From NCBI GenBank assembly GCA_964551605.1, contig CAZKCV010000001.1, forward strand, positions 1 through 59,991: DNA of 59,991 nt, read 5' to 3'. This document shows positions 1 to 8,523 of the stretch, piece by piece. The position numbers were made by a program, and so were the translations under genes. Position 1 is the stretch's first letter. Every line of letters begins with the position of its first letter. The DNA comes from an uncultured Gammaproteobacteria bacterium. GTDB lineage: Bacteria > Patescibacteriota > Microgenomatia > Daviesbacterales > UBA10151. The notes beneath the pieces were generated by a model, which did no database searches, was not told where the DNA came from, and saw only the letters and a list, made by a program, of their open reading frames with translations.

Positions 1-7
1 CTAAAGA

Positions 8-227
8 ATGACTAATGACAAAATTACCAAAAAATTTGATCTGGAAGAAAGAACTGCCAAGTTTGGGGGGGGCTATCATTAAATTCTGTCAAAAGATACC
101 AAGAGGACCTGTTACTGACCCTTTGATCACACAGTTAGTAAAGTGTGGTACAAGTGCAGGAGCTAACTACTGTGAGGCAGATGATACGGAAAGTAGGATG
201 GATTTTAAACATAAAATAGGTGGATGA
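8..227 (+). pseudogene. Four-helix-bundle protein (23S rRNA IVS / TIGR02436-like), frameshifted and truncated
   Basis: ATG at 8 reads MTNDKITKKFDLEERTAKFG, then a G8 run (65-72) shifts frame. The next frame continues AIIKFC...QLVKCGTSAGANYCEAD..SRMDFKHKIG and stops at 227, about half the usual family length. Confidence 0.8.
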
Positions 228-247
228 TTTTAGACATTTGATCATTA

Positions 248-288
248 GGATTTGATTAGAAATTAGAAATTAAAAATTAGAAATTTAC
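248..288. repeat. Degenerate heptamer tandem repeat (AGAAATT)n
   Basis: gatttgatt-agaaatt-agaaatt-aaaaatt-agaaatt-t directly downstream of the four-helix-bundle remnant. Confidence 0.75.
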
Positions 289-293
289 TGTAT

Positions 294-398
294 ATGATGT
301 ATTCACCAAAATTCAAAATTTTCTGGATAATTTTATCCATAATTGCCGGAGCAGCAATTATTCTTTTTTCCCTCTTGCCTCTGTTAACCAGCTTCTAA
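294..398 (+). CDS. Small single-pass membrane peptide (34 aa)
   Basis: Hand translation MMYSPKFKIFWIILSIIAGAAIILFSLLPLLTSF*: basic N-terminus plus hydrophobic helix. Below the ORF-track size cutoff. Confidence 0.45.
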   Translation: MMYSPKFKIFWIILSIIAGAAIILFSLLPLLTSF

Positions 399-494
399 AA
401 TCATTGACGGAGTTACACCTCCAATCCCCTTAGAATCCGTAGTCCCTCCTAAAATAACCATGTTTCCCAACTCAATTTGTGCTAAAATATAGTT

Positions 495-797
495 ATGAAA
501 AAGCTACCTAGCTTTTTAAAAAAATACTTCTGGGATGTGGATTTTGAGAAGATTGATACCCAAAAATCCTCTGTCTATATTATAGAAAGAGTTTTAGAAT
601 ACGGGAATGACAAAGCCATTAAATGGCTCTTTGAAGAATTTAAAACGGATTTAATTAAAACAGTTCTCACAACCAAACGTGGTTTTTCTCCAAAAACAGC
701 ACATTTTTGGGCATCTATTCTGGGAATTGACGAAAGAAAGGTTGTATGTTTACAAACACCTTATCTAAAAATGCGGCAGACGCATTGGCCATACTAG
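495..797 (+). CDS. DUF6922-like small protein, putative antitoxin partner
   Basis: FWDVD..KID...YIIERVLEYG motif; overlaps the downstream nucleotidyltransferase gene. Confidence 0.65.
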   Translation: MKKLPSFLKKYFWDVDFEKIDTQKSSVYIIERVLEYGNDKAIKWLFEEFKTDLIKTVLTTKRGFSPKTAHFWASILGIDERKVVCLQTPYLKMRQTHWPY

Positions 798-1378
798 GTG
801 AGTCAGGAATTCTGAAAGACGCTTATCTAGCAGGCGGGACAGCCTGCGCGCTTCAACTTGGCCATCGCCTCTCTTTAGACCTTGATTTTTTTACAGATCA
901 GGAATTCTCGACAGAAATGGTTTTAAAACAATTGGGACAGTTGCCGGGATTTAAATTGAGTGAGACAGAGAGATGGACTATACTGGGCAGTTTTCCAAAA
1001 GTAAAATTCAGTTATTTTTATTATCGATATCCGCTGGTTAATAAAACCTTTCTTTTTTCCAAGATCAGAATAGCATCCTTAGAAGATATTGCAGCCATGA
1101 AAATTGCTGCCATTTGTGATAGGGGAACCAAACGTGACTTCATAGACTTATACTTTCTTGTCCAACAAGGATTATCTCTTAAAAAGATTCTCAAGCTTTA
1201 CGATAAAAAATATGGTAAACTCTCAAACAATATTTATCACATTTTAAGAAGTCTTAACTACTTTGTCGATGCCGATCCTCAGCATTCTCCTAAAATGTTT
1301 AAAGAAGTTTCCTGGGAAGAAATAAAAGAATATTTTACCATACAAACCAGAAAGCTGACCGAAAAGTTACTGAAATGA
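746..1378 (+). CDS. AbiEii/AbiGii-family nucleotidyltransferase toxin
   Basis: YLAGGTA..LQLGHRLSLDLDFF, IAAMKIAAI..RG.KRDFIDLY. Confidence 0.85.
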   Translation: MFTNTLSKNAADALAILGESGILKDAYLAGGTACALQLGHRLSLDLDFFTDQEFSTEMVLKQLGQLPGFKLSETERWTILGSFPKVKFSYFYYRYPLVNKTFLFSKIRIASLEDIAAMKIAAICDRGTKRDFIDLYFLVQQGLSLKKILKLYDKKYGKLSNNIYHILRSLNYFVDADPQHSPKMFKEVSWEEIKEYFTIQTRKLTEKLLK

Positions 1379-3462
1379 ATCTTAAAACTCCGCTTTCTGC
1401 TTTAACCGGAATTGGTCCCGGGCTTTTATATAGACTTAAAAGACTTAACTTAAACTCTATTGAAGATCTGATATATCATTTTCCCTTTAGGTATGATGAT
1501 TTTTCCAATACTACTTCTGCACTGGAGGCTAAAGTAGGGGAGACTGTTACTTTACAGGGGGAAATCTGGTCGATCCAAAATATCTATACCCGGTCCCGGA
1601 AAATTATTACCAAAGCCGTATTTAATGATGGTGCCTCACCCATAGAACTAACCTGGTTTAACTCCTCCTGGCTGGTTAAACAAATACAAACAGGGGACAG
1701 GCTGCAGGTTTCAGGCAAAATCAGCAAATATAAAAACAAGCTTTCCATCATAGCCCCGCATTGGGAAAAACTTCCAACCCCCGGTGTTGGACAGCTTCCA
1801 ACCCCGGGATTACATACCGGCAGACTCGTCTCAATCTACCCTGAAACGGATGGTTTAAGTTCTAAATGGCTGCGGACAAAAATAGACAAGCTGCTGCCGG
1901 AAGTCATAGAGGAAATTAAGGATCCGTTACCGGATTCCATCCGTCAAAGCATGTTGCCACTTAGGGAAGCCATAAAACAAGTCCATTTCCCGGAAAATTG
2001 GGAACAGGCAGAAAAGGCCAGGGCAAGGTTAGGCTTTGATGAGCTATTTTTTATTTCTTTAGCTACCCATAAAGCCAGAGCAGAGTGGAAAAGAAAACCC
2101 TTAATTGAACCGTTAAAAATAAATCCCGAAGATATTAAGGAATTTACTGCTAAGCTACCCTTCAAACTAACCTATGCCCAGGAGAAAGTCTTAAAAGAAA
2201 TTCTGGAAGATTTAAAAAGTAATCAACCCATGAACAGATTGGTACAGGGGGAGGTAGGTTCCGGAAAAACAATTGTGGCTACCATTATTGCTTACCTGGT
2301 TTATAAAAACGGGCGGCGGACGCTTTTTATGGCCCCCACGGAAATTCTGGCTTTTCAGCATTACGATACGTTATCCAAACTTTTATCGCCATTTGGAATC
2401 ACAGTTGGAATATATACTGGATCTTACAAGTTTACTGAGGGTAAAGGGGGAAGCGGAAAGGGGAAAGTTAGAAAAAAACTTTACCCTTCACCCTTAACGC
2501 TTAACCCTGACATTATCATTGGCACCCATGCCCTTCTTTCTAAAAAACTTGCCACCGAGAATGTCGGACTGATCATCATAGATGAACAACAACGTTTTGG
2601 GGTCGAGCAAAGAACACTTTTGCGGGGAAAAACAGAAGTGCCGCATTTTTTAACTATGACAGCTACTCCCATCCCCAGAACAGTTGCCTTAACTTTATAC
2701 GGCGATCTTGATATGTCAGTCATTGATGAGTTACCGGTAGGCAGGCAAAGGGTGAAAACATATGTGGTTCCGGAAAGAAAGCGGCTTGATTCTTATGGCT
2801 TTATAGCCAAAAAGGTGGCTGAAGGAGACCAGGTTTATATAATTACCCCATTAATTGAAGCCTCCGAAACCCTCACCAGTGTCAAGGCAGCCAAGGTAGA
2901 ATTTGAGAGCTTAAAGAAAATCTTTCCCGGCCTCAACTTAGATCTGTTGCACGGCAGAATGAAGGGAACGGAAAAAGAAAAGGTAATTACGGACTTCCGC
3001 AAAGGCAAAACCGATATTTTAGTTTCCACCTCAGTAGTGGAAGTGGGCATGGATAACCCTAATGCCACCATTATGGTTATTGAAGGAGCAGAACGGTTTG
3101 GTTTGGCTCAGCTCCACCAACTGCGGGGTAGAGTGGGCAGGGGAACGAAAGAATCTTATTGCCTACTTTACACATCGGATGTGTCAAGTAATGAAGAGGG
3201 GAGGCTAAAATACTTGGAAACTACATTTGACGGGCTGAAACTGGCTGAACTGGACTTAAAAATCAGGGGCAGCGGGCAGATTTTTGGAACCATGCAATCC
3301 GGCAGGTTTGAATTGAAAATAGCAAATTTCCAAAATATCACCCTGCTGGAAAAAACCCGCCAGGCGGCCAAAGAGCTGTTAGATGCGGATCATACTCTTG
3401 ACAAACACCCGCTAGTTAAGGCAAGATTACAGGAAATCGCATCAGCAGTGATGCCTGATTAA
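1375..3462 (+). CDS. recG: ATP-dependent DNA helicase RecG
   Basis: HFPFRYDD, wedge OB fold, QGEVGSGKT, MAPTEILA.QH, DEQQRFG, MTATPIPRT, QLHQLRGRVGRG, DL.IRG.G. Confidence 0.97.
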   Translation: MNLKTPLSALTGIGPGLLYRLKRLNLNSIEDLIYHFPFRYDDFSNTTSALEAKVGETVTLQGEIWSIQNIYTRSRKIITKAVFNDGASPIELTWFNSSWLVKQIQTGDRLQVSGKISKYKNKLSIIAPHWEKLPTPGVGQLPTPGLHTGRLVSIYPETDGLSSKWLRTKIDKLLPEVIEEIKDPLPDSIRQSMLPLREAIKQVHFPENWEQAEKARARLGFDELFFISLATHKARAEWKRKPLIEPLKINPEDIKEFTAKLPFKLTYAQEKVLKEILEDLKSNQPMNRLVQGEVGSGKTIVATIIAYLVYKNGRRTLFMAPTEILAFQHYDTLSKLLSPFGITVGIYTGSYKFTEGKGGSGKGKVRKKLYPSPLTLNPDIIIGTHALLSKKLATENVGLIIIDEQQRFGVEQRTLLRGKTEVPHFLTMTATPIPRTVALTLYGDLDMSVIDELPVGRQRVKTYVVPERKRLDSYGFIAKKVAEGDQVYIITPLIEASETLTSVKAAKVEFESLKKIFPGLNLDLLHGRMKGTEKEKVITDFRKGKTDILVSTSVVEVGMDNPNATIMVIEGAERFGLAQLHQLRGRVGRGTKESYCLLYTSDVSSNEEGRLKYLETTFDGLKLAELDLKIRGSGQIFGTMQSGRFELKIANFQNITLLEKTRQAAKELLDADHTLDKHPLVKARLQEIASAVMPD
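1772..1811. repeat. In-frame palindrome CCAACCCCCGGTGTTGG plus partial second copy in recG
   Basis: Encodes LPTPGVGQLPTPG; near-identical to 21987-22006 in holB. Confidence 0.7.
2439..2508. repeat. In-frame inverted heptamer tract in recG
   Basis: GGGTAAA GGGGGAA GCGGAAA GGGGAAA ... TTTACCC TTCACCC TTAACGC TTAACCC; encodes GKGGSGKGKVRKKLYPSPLTLNP. Confidence 0.7.
3167..3188. repeat. In-frame palindrome ACACATCGGATGTGT in recG
   Basis: Near-identical to 29588-29610 in alr; both encode YTSDVSS. Confidence 0.65.
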
Positions 3463-3471
3463 CACCTACCT

Positions 3472-3666
3472 ATGGCCGGAGAACCAAAACGAAGACATTC
3501 TAAAGCGCAAAAAAGAACCAGAAGGGCTGCTATTAAATTAGCAGTCAATTTGGTTAACTGTAAAAACTGCGGTAAACTTACTTTATCCCATATAGCCTGC
3601 AAAGAGTGCGGCTTTTACGGCGGCAAGGCTGTAACCAAAGAAAAAGTTAAAGTGACAAAGGCCTAA
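3472..3666 (+). CDS. rpmF: 50S ribosomal protein L32
   Basis: PKRRHSKAQKRTRR; CKNCG..LSHIACKECGFYGGK zinc ribbon. Confidence 0.95.
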   Translation: MAGEPKRRHSKAQKRTRRAAIKLAVNLVNCKNCGKLTLSHIACKECGFYGGKAVTKEKVKVTKA

Positions 3667-4031
3667 TGAAGAAAAGATCTGACCCGCGGCACCTCAGGAG
3701 AATTACTCTCATGCAAGAGTTATTTTCCTGGCAATTTAAGCCCGGAAAAAGGGCTTCTCCTAAGATTTCAGGAATAGTCTCCAGTCTGCCTAAAATTGAT
3801 AAGCTGATTGCCAAATCAGCGCCTGACCGGCCGCTTCAGGAAATCAACCGGATTGATTTAGCTATCTTGCGTCTGGCAACTTTTGAGATTATATTAGATA
3901 AAGGGGTGCCTCCAAAAGTTGTTATTGATGAAGCTGTAGAACTGGGTAAGGAATTCGGCTCAGATTCATCAGCCAGTTTTATTAACGGCGCTTTAGGAAA
4001 GCTAATTGAGATAGAAAAAATTAAAACTTAA
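3666..4031 (+). CDS. nusB: Transcription antitermination factor NusB
   Basis: IDLAILRLATFEI, PPKVVIDEAVELGKEFGSDSSASFINGALG. Confidence 0.95.
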   Translation: MKKRSDPRHLRRITLMQELFSWQFKPGKRASPKISGIVSSLPKIDKLIAKSAPDRPLQEINRIDLAILRLATFEIILDKGVPPKVVIDEAVELGKEFGSDSSASFINGALGKLIEIEKIKT

Positions 4032-4033
4032 AG

Positions 4034-4273
4034 ATGCAAAACCAGGAAACAGCAATTTTACAAGCAATAGCAGATCACCTGGGTCTTTCTGTTGAAGACC
4101 TGGACCGCCATGCCTCTTTGCGGGATGAACTAAATTTAGGCCCAATAGAGCTAAATGACCTGTTATCTGAACTCGCCGAAAAATTTAATGTGACCTTTGA
4201 TCCGGAAGACATGGAAAACTTGAAAAAGGTAGATGACATAATTGTTTTAATTGAGGATAATTTATTAGAGTGA
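4034..4273 (+). CDS. Acyl-carrier-protein-like protein lacking the phosphopantetheine serine
   Basis: Acidic 79-aa protein matching the ACP pattern (IADHLG..ASLRDEL..LAEKFNV..D.EDMENLKKVDDI), located before rnc. The DSL motif is replaced by GPI. Confidence 0.7.
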   Translation: MQNQETAILQAIADHLGLSVEDLDRHASLRDELNLGPIELNDLLSELAEKFNVTFDPEDMENLKKVDDIIVLIEDNLLE

Positions 4274-4962
4274 TGCCGAATAATGATTTCAAAGATCTCC
4301 TGAGGACACTGGATGTAAAATTTGAAAATCCCAAGCTCCTACAACAGGCCTTTTTTCATCGTTCCTATCTAAACGAAGTTAAAATACAAATAGAATCCAA
4401 TGAACGGCTGGAATTCCTGGGTGATGCTGTTTTATCCCTGGTAATTTCTTTTTATCTTTATACCTTAAGGCCGGCCGATACTGAAGGGGAGCTAACTAAC
4501 CTCCGGGCCTACATAGTTAAAACCAAATCCCTGGCAGAAGCTGCCAAAAAATTGGAACTGGGCAAGTATTTAAGCTTATCCAAAGGCGAGGAAATTTCCG
4601 GAGGCAGAACCAACCCACAACTGTTAGCCAATACTTATGAGGCACTATTGGGAAGCCTGTTCTTAGACCAGGGACTTGAAGTTGTCAAAAAGGTAATTGA
4701 TAAAACATTATTGCCCTTTTTTGAAAAGGAGTTAAGAATGGGCCCGCCCAAAGATGCCAAATCCCTATTGCAGGAAGTGGTTCAACAAGAATCAAAACAG
4801 TCACCGCAGTATAAAATCTTACAAACCCATGGCCCGGATCATGCCAAACAATTTACTGTTGCCGTTTATATTGGCGGAAGTAAAAAGGGTATAGGTAAGG
4901 GAGCCAGTAAGCAAATCGCTGAAGAGGCAGCCGCCAAACAAGCGCTACAGTTGTTGACTTAA
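4270..4962 (+). CDS. rnc: Ribonuclease III
   Basis: HRSY, SNERLEFLGDAVL, LANTYEALLG; C-terminal dsRBD (DAKSLLQE..GPDHAKQF). Confidence 0.97.
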   Translation: MMPNNDFKDLLRTLDVKFENPKLLQQAFFHRSYLNEVKIQIESNERLEFLGDAVLSLVISFYLYTLRPADTEGELTNLRAYIVKTKSLAEAAKKLELGKYLSLSKGEEISGGRTNPQLLANTYEALLGSLFLDQGLEVVKKVIDKTLLPFFEKELRMGPPKDAKSLLQEVVQQESKQSPQYKILQTHGPDHAKQFTVAVYIGGSKKGIGKGASKQIAEEAAAKQALQLLT

Positions 4963-4982
4963 GTTCTCCTCACCTATATACT
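4954..4982 (+). promoter_or_regulatory. Sigma70-type promoter for rpsP, probably leaderless
   Basis: TTGACT-17 bp-TATACT, ending 7 nt before the ATG at 4990. Confidence 0.65.
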
Positions 4983-4989
4983 TATCTCC

Positions 4990-5391
4990 ATGCTTAAAAT
5001 TCGTTTAACTAGAATAGGTGCCAAAAAGAAACCTTTTTACCGGGTGGTTGTGATGGATGAAAGATCCAAAAGAAACGGCGCTTATATTGAACTGCTTGGT
5101 ACTTATAATCCTCTAACAGAGCCGAAAGAGATTAAATTAAAACAAGACCGGATTGATTATTGGGTCAAACAGGGAGCCCAGCTTTCCACAGGTTATCTCC
5201 GTATCATCGGCAAGGCTCCGCAAAGGCCGCCCAGGAAGCCGAAAAAGGAAAAGAAAGAGGCAACAGGCAACAGTGGACAGGTAAAAACGGAGGAACCTGC
5301 AAAAACAGAGGAGGCAGCTCCAGAAACTGAACAAGCAGAAGAAGAGCCGAAAACTGAAGAAAGCGAGAAAAAAGATGAAGGATCTGCTTAA
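4990..5391 (+). CDS. rpsP: 30S ribosomal protein S16 with acidic C-terminal tail
   Basis: [40 protein letters not shown]. Confidence 0.97.
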   Translation: MLKIRLTRIGAKKKPFYRVVVMDERSKRNGAYIELLGTYNPLTEPKEIKLKQDRIDYWVKQGAQLSTGYLRIIGKAPQRPPRKPKKEKKEATGNSGQVKTEEPAKTEEAAPETEQAEEEPKTEESEKKDEGSA

Positions 5392-5638
5392 CTACATTGT
5401 TACCAGTTTAGTTACCAAACCGGAAGCCGTCTTGATTGATGAACAAAAAGAAGACAGCTTCATTACTTTGAATTTAATAGTTGACCCGTCTGATATGGGA
5501 CTGATTATCGGCAAAGGCGGTCAAACCATCAGGGCTATCAGAAAACTTTTAACAGTCAGGGCAATAGCAGAAAACGTTAGAGTGAATCTTCAATTGACAG
5601 AACCTTCAGTCAGTACATCTCCCGACGTGTCTACCTAA
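5375..5638 (+). CDS. khpA: KH-domain RNA-binding protein (KhpA/YlqC family)
   Basis: [17 protein letters not shown]; conserved position between rpsP and trmD. Confidence 0.9.
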   Translation: MKDLLNYIVTSLVTKPEAVLIDEQKEDSFITLNLIVDPSDMGLIIGKGGQTIRAIRKLLTVRAIAENVRVNLQLTEPSVSTSPDVST

Positions 5639-5668
5639 CCCACACCTGGGGTGTGTTAGGTTCACACC
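5627..5668. repeat. REP-like doublet palindrome (family 1)
   Basis: GTGTCTACCTAAC-CCACACCTGGGGTGT-GTTAGGTTCACACC; the arms match the tails of the RAYT1-flanking elements. Confidence 0.8.
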
Positions 5669-5679
5669 TAAGGATTTTT

Positions 5680-6423
5680 ATGAAAATCTCAATCATTACT
5701 TTATTTCCGGAAGTGTTTAATCCTATTCTGAATACCAGTATCCTGAAACGGGCGCAAAAAAAGAACCTGGTAGAGTTTGAGCTCATAAATCTGCGCAATT
5801 TTGGTGAAGGCAGGCATCAGGTGGTTGACGACAAGCCATACGGTGGAGGAGCAGGAATGGTGCTGAAAGCTGATATTCTGGCTAAAGCACTCAAAAATAT
5901 CACTTCCAAACTGCCAACTACAAACTACCAATCCCGACGAATTTCATTCGATGAGGATTCTCGATTCGCGACAAAGTCGAAATCGGGACTACGAACTATT
6001 TTAATGTCTGCATCAGGAACACCGTATAAACAATCCGGAGCCAAACAATTTTCTCAACTTGATCATCTGATCGTCATTTGTGGCCACTATGAAGGAGTTG
6101 ACCAAAGGTTTATAGATAAATATGTTGATGAAGAAATTTCCATTGGTGATTATGTCCTGACCGGCGGGGAAGTACCAGCAATGGTCATTGTAGACTCTGT
6201 TACCAGGTTGGTTCCTGGTGTTTTGGAAAAACCGGAAGCAACTGTCAATGAATCCTTTTCTGAGGGGCTTCTTGAATATCCTCAATATACGCGGCCGGAG
6301 GACTTTGAAGGGGAGAAAGTTCCCGAAGTTTTGTTGTCCGGAAATCACGCTGCAGTAGATAAATGGCGATCCCAAAAATCCCGGGAAAAAACTAAAAAAG
6401 TAAGACCCGACCTGTTAAAATAA
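5680..6423 (+). CDS. trmD: tRNA (guanine37-N1)-methyltransferase
   Basis: IITLFPE, DDKPYGGGAGMV, CGHYEGVDQR, SIGDYVLTGGE, LLEYPQYTRP. Start taken at ATG 5680 (MKISII). Confidence 0.97.
   Translation: MKISIITLFPEVFNPILNTSILKRAQKKNLVEFELINLRNFGEGRHQVVDDKPYGGGAGMVLKADILAKALKNITSKLPTTNYQSRRISFDEDSRFATKSKSGLRTILMSASGTPYKQSGAKQFSQLDHLIVICGHYEGVDQRFIDKYVDEEISIGDYVLTGGEVPAMVIVDSVTRLVPGVLEKPEATVNESFSEGLLEYPQYTRPEDFEGEKVPEVLLSGNHAAVDKWRSQKSREKTKKVRPDLLK
5910..5998. repeat. In-frame insertion in trmD: heptamer tract interrupted by a palindromic element
   Basis: ACTGCCA ACTACAA ACTACCA [ATCCCGA...TCGGG] ACTACGA ACTA; adds about 30 residues. Confidence 0.65.
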
Positions 6424-6432
6424 TTTCCCTGG

Positions 6433-6462
6433 GTATCTACCTATCTCACCCCCGGGGTGGGA
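6433..6462. repeat. REP-like element (family 1), left flank of RAYT1
   Basis: GTATCTACCTATCTCACCCCCGGGGTGGGA. Confidence 0.8.
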
Positions 6463-6502
6463 TGAATTGACACCGTACTAATTTTTGTTGTAGTCTGAAA
6501 TT

Positions 6503-7171
6503 ATGCCCCTGCGCAAAATTCCCATTGTAGCCGGTGAAATTTATCATGTTTTCAACAGAAGTGTAGCGAGGCAACCAATCTTCCTCTCGTCTAGTGATTA
6601 TCGTCGGGCTGTGGAATGTATGAAATTTTATCTACATGACAACTTACCCCTCCGTTTTTCTCACTACAACCGTCTTCCCAAAGAACAAAAGGACTTGATG
6701 GATAAAACAATAAAAAATTCTTCCCGACTAATAGAAATATTAAGCTTTTGTCTGATGCCTAATCATGTGCATTTCCTGCTCAGAGGTCTAACAGAGAAAG
6801 GGATCATTCAATTTATGAGTAATTTCCAAAATAGCTATGCAAAATATTTTAACCTAAAAACAAATAGAAGCGGAACTTTATTTCAGGCAATGTTTAAAGC
6901 AGTTCGAATAGAAACCGGCGAACAACTTATGCATGTCAACCGATACATACACTTAAATCCCTTCACATCATATATAGTTAGTAATATCGCTGATTTGGAG
7001 AAATACCCATGGTCTTCATGCCCTGATTATTTAGATCCTTCACCAAGCTTCATAAATAAGGAGTTTGTATTAAGCTTTTTCAAAGATATACCGTCTTACA
7101 AACAATTCATTGCAGACCAAGCCGATTATCAACGCAGGCTGGACGAGATTAAACATTTAGTTCTTGAATAA
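6503..7171 (+). CDS. REP-associated tyrosine transposase (RAYT, Y1/HUH, IS200-like fold), copy 1
   Basis: YHVFNR, CLMPNHVH (HUH), SYAKYFN, YIHLNP, YPWSS; upstream TTGACA (6467)..TAGTCT (6491). Confidence 0.9.
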   Translation: MPLRKIPIVAGEIYHVFNRSVARQPIFLSSSDYRRAVECMKFYLHDNLPLRFSHYNRLPKEQKDLMDKTIKNSSRLIEILSFCLMPNHVHFLLRGLTEKGIIQFMSNFQNSYAKYFNLKTNRSGTLFQAMFKAVRIETGEQLMHVNRYIHLNPFTSYIVSNIADLEKYPWSSCPDYLDPSPSFINKEFVLSFFKDIPSYKQFIADQADYQRRLDEIKHLVLE

Positions 7172-7177
7172 CTGGAC

Positions 7178-7208
7178 GGTGTGAACCTAACCCACCCCGG
7201 GGGTGGGA
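7178..7208. repeat. REP-like element (family 1), right flank of RAYT1
   Basis: GGTGTGAACCTAACCCACCCCGGGGGTGGGA, same orientation as the left flank. Confidence 0.8.
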
Positions 7209-7235
7209 GACGCACACACCGTCTTCAGATTCAGC

Positions 7236-7928
7236 TTACTCAAAAGGGTTTGATTTACCTCGGGAAGTTAAGGGGGTTTCGGTAAAACCTGCAGTTTCCG
7301 CTTCCTGCATAATCCTGGCAATCAGTTCTTCATCCTTCTGACTAAGCAAAGGCACCGGGGAATCCGGACTGCCGAAATCCTTGGGTAAAGGCGAATACAA
7401 AACTTCAATAGCCAAAGCTATATTTAAAGCTTCAATTGCCTGGTTAGATGAAATGTCTATGCTTTTTATCCTCACCAGCCGGGGTGAATTCTCCAAATTA
7501 TCCAGTAAGGCTTGTAGCAATATTCTGGAACCTCTAAGTTCCATTTTAACCTCAAAACTATTTGCGTTCCCTAATTGCCCGGCAGTATTGCCGAAGGAGA
7601 TGGAACTGATACCAAATCCCAGCTCCAGGGTCAGTTTCTGCAACAATCCTACAACACTCCCAAAATCTTTTTCGCCGGGAAGGGTAACCAAGGCGAATTC
7701 CAGTTTGCGGGATAAATCCGTGCTATCATAACTTTCCAAAGCGCTGACTTTATTTTCCAAAAGCTTAGACTTATTCATCAGACCCTCAATGACACTCTGG
7801 TTATCAACTAACTTAATCACCTGGGGATAAATTATAAATAAAATTATAAAAATGCTGGATAATGCCACCGCTGCCGGAAAAATATAGAGATTATATTTGG
7901 TATAGAATTTAATTAAATCTTGCTTCAT
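7236..7928 (-). CDS. pilO: Type IV pilus assembly protein PilO-like
   Basis: N-terminal TM, coiled coil, LP.EKD..., LQALLDNLENSPRLVRIKSI; follows pilM-pilN. Confidence 0.75.
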   Translation of the reverse strand: MKQDLIKFYTKYNLYIFPAAVALSSIFIILFIIYPQVIKLVDNQSVIEGLMNKSKLLENKVSALESYDSTDLSRKLEFALVTLPGEKDFGSVVGLLQKLTLELGFGISSISFGNTAGQLGNANSFEVKMELRGSRILLQALLDNLENSPRLVRIKSIDISSNQAIEALNIALAIEVLYSPLPKDFGSPDSPVPLLSQKDEELIARIMQEAETAGFTETPLTSRGKSNPFE

Positions 7929-7937
7929 AACTTTCTG

Positions 7938-8483
7938 TCATTTTGGTTCTATCTTCAAACTGATCCGGTAAAATCCGTCCTTGCCGCGGTTTAAGCTTTC
8001 CACTGACACATTACTAAAGCTTCCCTCATTCATTTCTTTTTCCGACAGGTTGCTGACGAAAGTATCTAAACTAACAGGATCAGGCGCCAAAGCCAGCAAT
8101 GTTATTTCATTGGTTTTACTGATATTAATCGCACTCATCACCACGTTATCCGGAATCAATTTATCAATTATCTTATATAAAGAAGCTTGCTTTGAGGGGA
8201 CTCCCAGATACTGATTTATTACAGTTAACCTGTTTTTTAGGACAGCTAAAGATACCTGCGTACTTTTCAGGTTAGAAACCCGCTGTTCTGCTTGTCCAAG
8301 CTTTGCCTGAACTTCTGTAATATTCTGGCTTTGCAGGATCCTAAGTGCCATGGTCAAAGACGCCAGAAAAACCATTACCAAAATAATTGCCACACCAATT
8401 GCCTGAACCTTGTAGAATTTGGTCTTTTTAATTTCCCGGGTAATAATTTCCGGCGGTAGTAAATTAATAGAAATTTTAGCCAT
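7938..8483 (-). CDS. pilN: Type IV pilus assembly protein PilN-like
   Basis: Hallmark INLLP at the N-terminus, TM, coiled coil. Confidence 0.85.
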   Translation of the reverse strand: MAKISINLLPPEIITREIKKTKFYKVQAIGVAIILVMVFLASLTMALRILQSQNITEVQAKLGQAEQRVSNLKSTQVSLAVLKNRLTVINQYLGVPSKQASLYKIIDKLIPDNVVMSAINISKTNEITLLALAPDPVSLDTFVSNLSEKEMNEGSFSNVSVESLNRGKDGFYRISLKIEPK

Positions 8484-8523
8484 AAAAATTTATTTTTATG
8501 GCCAAGCTCTGCTTAGCCATCAA

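Noticed and set aside
8-227. Diversity-generating retroelement (Avd-like four-helix bundle)
   Set aside because: No reverse transcriptase and no template/variable repeat pair in the window
5627-7208. CRISPR array suggested by recurring 30-bp palindromes
   Set aside because: Copies are dispersed, not regularly spaced with unique spacers; no cas genes
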